A program made the translations under genes and the position numbers. A stretch of DNA of 48,822 nt from Tunavirus T1: the sequence record MN153797.1; one strand, written 5' to 3'. Positions 46,072 through 48,822 of the stretch are shown here, in pieces. The notes beneath the pieces are model-generated. The model did not search any database, had not been told where the DNA came from, and was given only the letters and a program-made list of their open reading frames with translations. Positions within the stretch are counted from its first letter, which is position 1. Each line of letters begins with the position of its first letter.

Positions 46072-46610
46072 CACAATAAACTCCTTAGTTGACGGCGTGA
46101 ATGATACACCGTCAATGGTACACGCGTTTTGCAAAAAGTGCTATTCGATCCGTGATTCTCATGAAAACCGTATAGCCTTTCCGCTTCCTTACTTGCTTTA
46201 GCCGCTGCATCCAGCGTCATGAAGGTCCCTAAGTGTTTTGTCTTTTTATTTATGGTTATGTTTGCCGTGTATCTATTTGTTTTTTTATTCCAATACACTC
46301 CCATAACTCCTGTGTTTGATGACACTACTCCCTTGTTTCTTAGGTTGTCTTGCCTAGTTACTAGCCTGAGATTCTCAATTCTGTTATCGTCTCTTTCATG
46401 GTTTATGTGGTCTACATCCATTCCTTCTGGTATGTTTCCGTAGTGTATTTTCCATACTATTCGATGGGCGTATTCAAATACACCTCCTGGAAAACATATT
46501 GACCGATAACCTTTTTTATTAACAGTTCCGGCAAGTAGATTTCGTCTTCTTCCGATTCTCCACTCTTTCCAGTACAGTCTCCCGCTAACGTATTTCAGTT
46601 CATCTTTCAT
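46071..46610 (-). CDS. HNH homing endonuclease
   Basis: AHRIVWKIHYGNIPEGMDVDHINHERDDNRIENLRLV, GVMGVY; 3' end reads through promoter box 46129-46143. Confidence 0.7.
   Translation of the reverse strand: MKDELKYVSGRLYWKEWRIGRRRNLLAGTVNKKGYRSICFPGGVFEYAHRIVWKIHYGNIPEGMDVDHINHERDDNRIENLRLVTRQDNLRNKGVVSSNTGVMGVYWNKKTNRYTANITINKKTKHLGTFMTLDAAAKASKEAERLYGFHENHGSNSTFCKTRVPLTVYHSRRQLRSLL
46101..46143 (-). promoter_or_regulatory. Box-dependent promoter (minus): tagcactttttgcaa + TATCAT (46106-46101)
   Basis: Centre to -10 = 30 bp; lies inside the 3' end of the HNH ORF. Confidence 0.5.
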
Positions 46611-47023
46611 AAGTATTTACTCTCAAAGGTTGTGCCGTCTGCGATACTAAAACCAACCTCTTCGCGGAATAAGGTCCAGCGGCAACCGTCCTCATCAAAG
46701 ATGTAACCAGCCACGCCTCCAAGAGCGCGACCGCTTTCTACCTGGTAACGCTTTCCAACCTTGAATGATTTTTTCATTGGGTTGCGATGGTCAAGTCCGG
46801 TGCACTTGAGCGTCTTTGTTTTCAACTCGGTGAACTTCGCGAAGAAGATTTCATCAGATCCGTGAATATGTAATTCATCATGCTTTTCAAGTTTTAAATA
46901 CTTCCCGCATTTTAACTTTACTTCACGAGTATCATCATAGCGCTCACGACCTTTGTACAGATTGTTTACTTCGAATCCTGTGATTTTGTCTGCGGAAGTG
47001 CATTTAAGTTTGATTGATTTCAT
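46607..47023 (-). CDS. hypothetical protein
   Basis: ORF track; RBS caggag. Confidence 0.45.
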   Translation of the reverse strand: MKSIKLKCTSADKITGFEVNNLYKGRERYDDTREVKLKCGKYLKLEKHDELHIHGSDEIFFAKFTELKTKTLKCTGLDHRNPMKKSFKVGKRYQVESGRALGGVAGYIFDEDGCRWTLFREEVGFSIADGTTFESKYL

Positions 47024-47059
47024 TGTGTTCGCTCCTGATTGGTTATCTTGAATAAGGCC

Positions 47060-47102
47060 ACTTTATCAAATGACCTTACGGCAATATTAACAAATCGTGC
47101 TA
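47060..47102 (-). promoter_or_regulatory. Box-dependent promoter (minus): tagcacgatttgtta + TGa-TAAAGT (47065-47060)
   Basis: Centre to -10 = 30 bp. Confidence 0.5.
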
Positions 47103-47103
47103 T

Positions 47104-47313
47104 TTACCAGGGAATATAATCGTCAACGTCCTCATTAATATCATCACCGGGTAACTCAAAGTTAGGATCGTATTCGCTTTCAGCATCCATATCCATATCA
47201 CCAAGAGCCTCGTCAAGTGTGATTTCTTTATATGCTACCTTGATGCACCATTCGGAACTAAGTCCGGCATCAAGCGCTGCAAAATAACGAGTCCAGAAAT
47301 TATCTTGTTCCAT
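47104..47313 (-). CDS. small acidic protein with C-terminus ..DDYIPW
   Basis: 69 aa; C-terminal third is mostly Asp/Glu and ends in an aromatic residue. Confidence 0.45.
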   Translation of the reverse strand: MEQDNFWTRYFAALDAGLSSEWCIKVAYKEITLDEALGDMDMDAESEYDPNFELPGDDINEDVDDYIPW

Positions 47314-47316
47314 TAA

Positions 47317-47541
47317 TTAGCCCCACGAATTAATGTAAATCGAGTTAGCCTCAAGCGTTGCACGAACATCCGCATCTGTTGCATTTATCAGTCGAGAGCC
47401 TGGCACGCTTCCGATAACACTATTTCCGTTACGCGTCTTAGTTACCGTCATTGAAATAAAGCCTGAAGACTTATCCATCTTGATAAATACACGGCCTTTT
47501 GCGTTCAGGTGCTTGATGATATTCTCAACTTTAATGCTCAT
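47317..47541 (-). CDS. hypothetical protein
   Basis: Internal ATG of ORF 47317..47625 with RBS aaagga. Confidence 0.4.
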   Translation of the reverse strand: MSIKVENIIKHLNAKGRVFIKMDKSSGFISMTVTKTRNGNSVIGSVPGSRLINATDADVRATLEANSIYINSWG

Positions 47542-47574
47542 TTTTGATTCCTTTGTTTTGTTTGGTATGGGAGT

Positions 47575-47618
47575 AATATACCTTACTCCCCGATGTGTGT
47601 CTTTAGCAATTTGTGCTA
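47575..47618 (-). promoter_or_regulatory. Box-dependent promoter (minus): tagcacaaattgcta + TATATT (47580-47575)
   Basis: Centre to -10 = 31 bp; hairpin gggagta..tactccc. Confidence 0.5.
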
Positions 47619-47758
47619 TCAGCACTCAGAAATTACTTTACACTCTTTGATCGTGCCGCCGAGAACTACCTTTTGCATCATTGCTTTTTGGCGACTATCG
47701 TAAACGCGAACATTTTTTACGCTGTTAAACTTTCCTGTATAGAAAGTGTGAACATAAA

Positions 47759-48079
47759 TCATTTTTTACCGTCCCATGTTTGATATGCCGTAACCAGGTT
47801 AATGCTATGGTCGAACTCGTCAACGCTAAGCGATCCGATTCTAACAAGCTCTTTGTTGTGCTTAATGTCAACCATCCGGCTATATGGATGACCTGGCGCG
47901 TATTTAAATAGACGCTTGCTGTCGGCAATGTCTGCGTTAATTCCGTAGAATCGGCCTACTGCCGCCTTAACGCGCTCCATGATGTTTTTTTCGTGGATTG
48001 CCGCCGCGTTATTTAGTGACGCAACCGTACTTCCGTTAATCTTCGGTGACTTCGTTGTGATTTTGTAAGTGTGGTTCAT
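47759..48079 (-). CDS. hypothetical protein
   Basis: Internal ATG (MNHTYK) of ORF 47759..48145 with RBS gggggaa. Confidence 0.4.
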   Translation of the reverse strand: MNHTYKITTKSPKINGSTVASLNNAAAIHEKNIMERVKAAVGRFYGINADIADSKRLFKYAPGHPYSRMVDIKHNKELVRIGSLSVDEFDHSINLVTAYQTWDGKK

Positions 48080-48095
48080 TATTCCCCCTAACCAG

Positions 48096-48296
48096 TCAGG
48101 ATAGCTTTCTAGCTTCATCAATGATAACAGGTTCGAGACGCTCAAGTCGAACGCGGAACGTGTTCATAAATCCCTCGTTATTCTTCAATAACTCGAAGGC
48201 GTCCGTAGCTTCAATGGCGCTACTACCCATGTAAGCGATTACGCGCTTCTGTGTTTTTCGTGAGATCGCCACTACACGGTAAATATTATCACTCAT
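48096..48296 (-). CDS. hypothetical protein
   Basis: Internal ATG (MSDNIY) with RBS AAGGAGG. Confidence 0.4.
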   Translation of the reverse strand: MSDNIYRVVAISRKTQKRVIAYMGSSAIEATDAFELLKNNEGFMNTFRVRLERLEPVIIDEARKLS

Positions 48297-48660
48297 ACAA
48301 TGCCTCCTTAACACGATCCGCTACGAATGAGTTAACGGTGATTGAATAGTCAGCCACGAAGCAAGGAGCAACACTGCCTGGCTCAGTGCGCATGAATGGT
48401 TTATTGAACTGAGTGATTACCTCGCCAGTATCGTTATCAATTAAGCGAGACGCGCCTAAGCGGTCCACCACGCGCGTTACGCGGTCCGCGCACTCCATTA
48501 CATCACTTACGTCATAATAGGCGGTTAGAGCGGCTATCATTGCCTTCTCTTGCTTGTTGTGAATCTTACGCGCAATGTTCTCTATCGCAACGTGCACTTT
48601 CTCGTCAGTCTGGATTACCGAGCTGGCTGAGAAGTCCAGATCTGTGAACTGCTTAAACAT
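48289..48660 (-). CDS. hypothetical protein
   Basis: ORF track; RBS gaggaaag. Confidence 0.45.
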   Translation of the reverse strand: MFKQFTDLDFSASSVIQTDEKVHVAIENIARKIHNKQEKAMIAALTAYYDVSDVMECADRVTRVVDRLGASRLIDNDTGEVITQFNKPFMRTEPGSVAPCFVADYSITVNSFVADRVKEALYE

Positions 48661-48693
48661 AATACTTTCCTCGTTTACTGTTGATGTGATGAA

Positions 48694-48736
48694 TCATACC
48701 CAGTAGACATGGATAAGTCGTTAGCAAAAAATGCTA
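48694..48736 (-). promoter_or_regulatory. Box-dependent promoter (minus): tagcattttttgcta + TATGAT (48699-48694)
   Basis: Centre to -10 = 30 bp. Confidence 0.5.
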
Positions 48737-48822
48737 TTCCAATAATTGCTCATTATTCCATCAATACTGGAATATCTGGAATAATCACGATCATGATTGA
48801 TCTCTAATGATGAGATGTGATT

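Noticed and set aside
1-48822. CRISPR array
   Set aside because: No regularly spaced direct repeats with unique spacers; the recurring box occurs once per intergenic region at gene-length intervals.
1-48822. Terminal redundancy between the two ends of the window
   Set aside because: First and last about 100 bp share no obvious identity by eye; cannot be excluded without computation.

Overview
The window reads as a near-complete genome of a tailed dsDNA phage (siphovirus, lambda-like tail module). From memory it resembles T1-like coliphages: unimolecular spanin, Cor-like lipoprotein, Dam methylase, about 48.8 kb. This identification is inference, no database search was run. Layout: 1-448 repeat-rich control region; 539-8311 small early genes on + (HAD phosphatase, HNH, P-loop kinase); 8396-29602 morphogenesis on + (terminase small/large, portal, head, capsid, connectors, major tail, G/GT chaperone with -1 frameshift, tape measure, M-L-K-I-J tip genes, two post-J paralogs); 29624-29851 Cor-like lipoprotein on -; 29852-30378 second AT-rich control region; 30379-32634 exonuclease-Erf-SSB; 32696-34867 tail fiber on -, split in two; 34968-36417 primase and HTH protein on -; 36511-43968 helicase, VRR-NUC, Dam, phosphoesterase, HNH, holin, SAR endolysin, spanin on +; 43979-48660 early genes on -. 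Main findings: (1) a 15-bp inverted-repeat box TAGCA-N5-TGCTA found about 21 times, in 16 cases centred exactly 30-31 bp upstream of a -10 hexamer; (2) the tail fiber gene interrupted by an imperfect ~135-bp direct duplication flanking a palindromic G4C11 element, which may be an assembly artifact; (3) a perfect 99-bp in-frame tandem repeat inside J; (4) three paralogous HNH endonucleases in intergenic positions. Hand-derived coordinates may be off by 1-2 bp.
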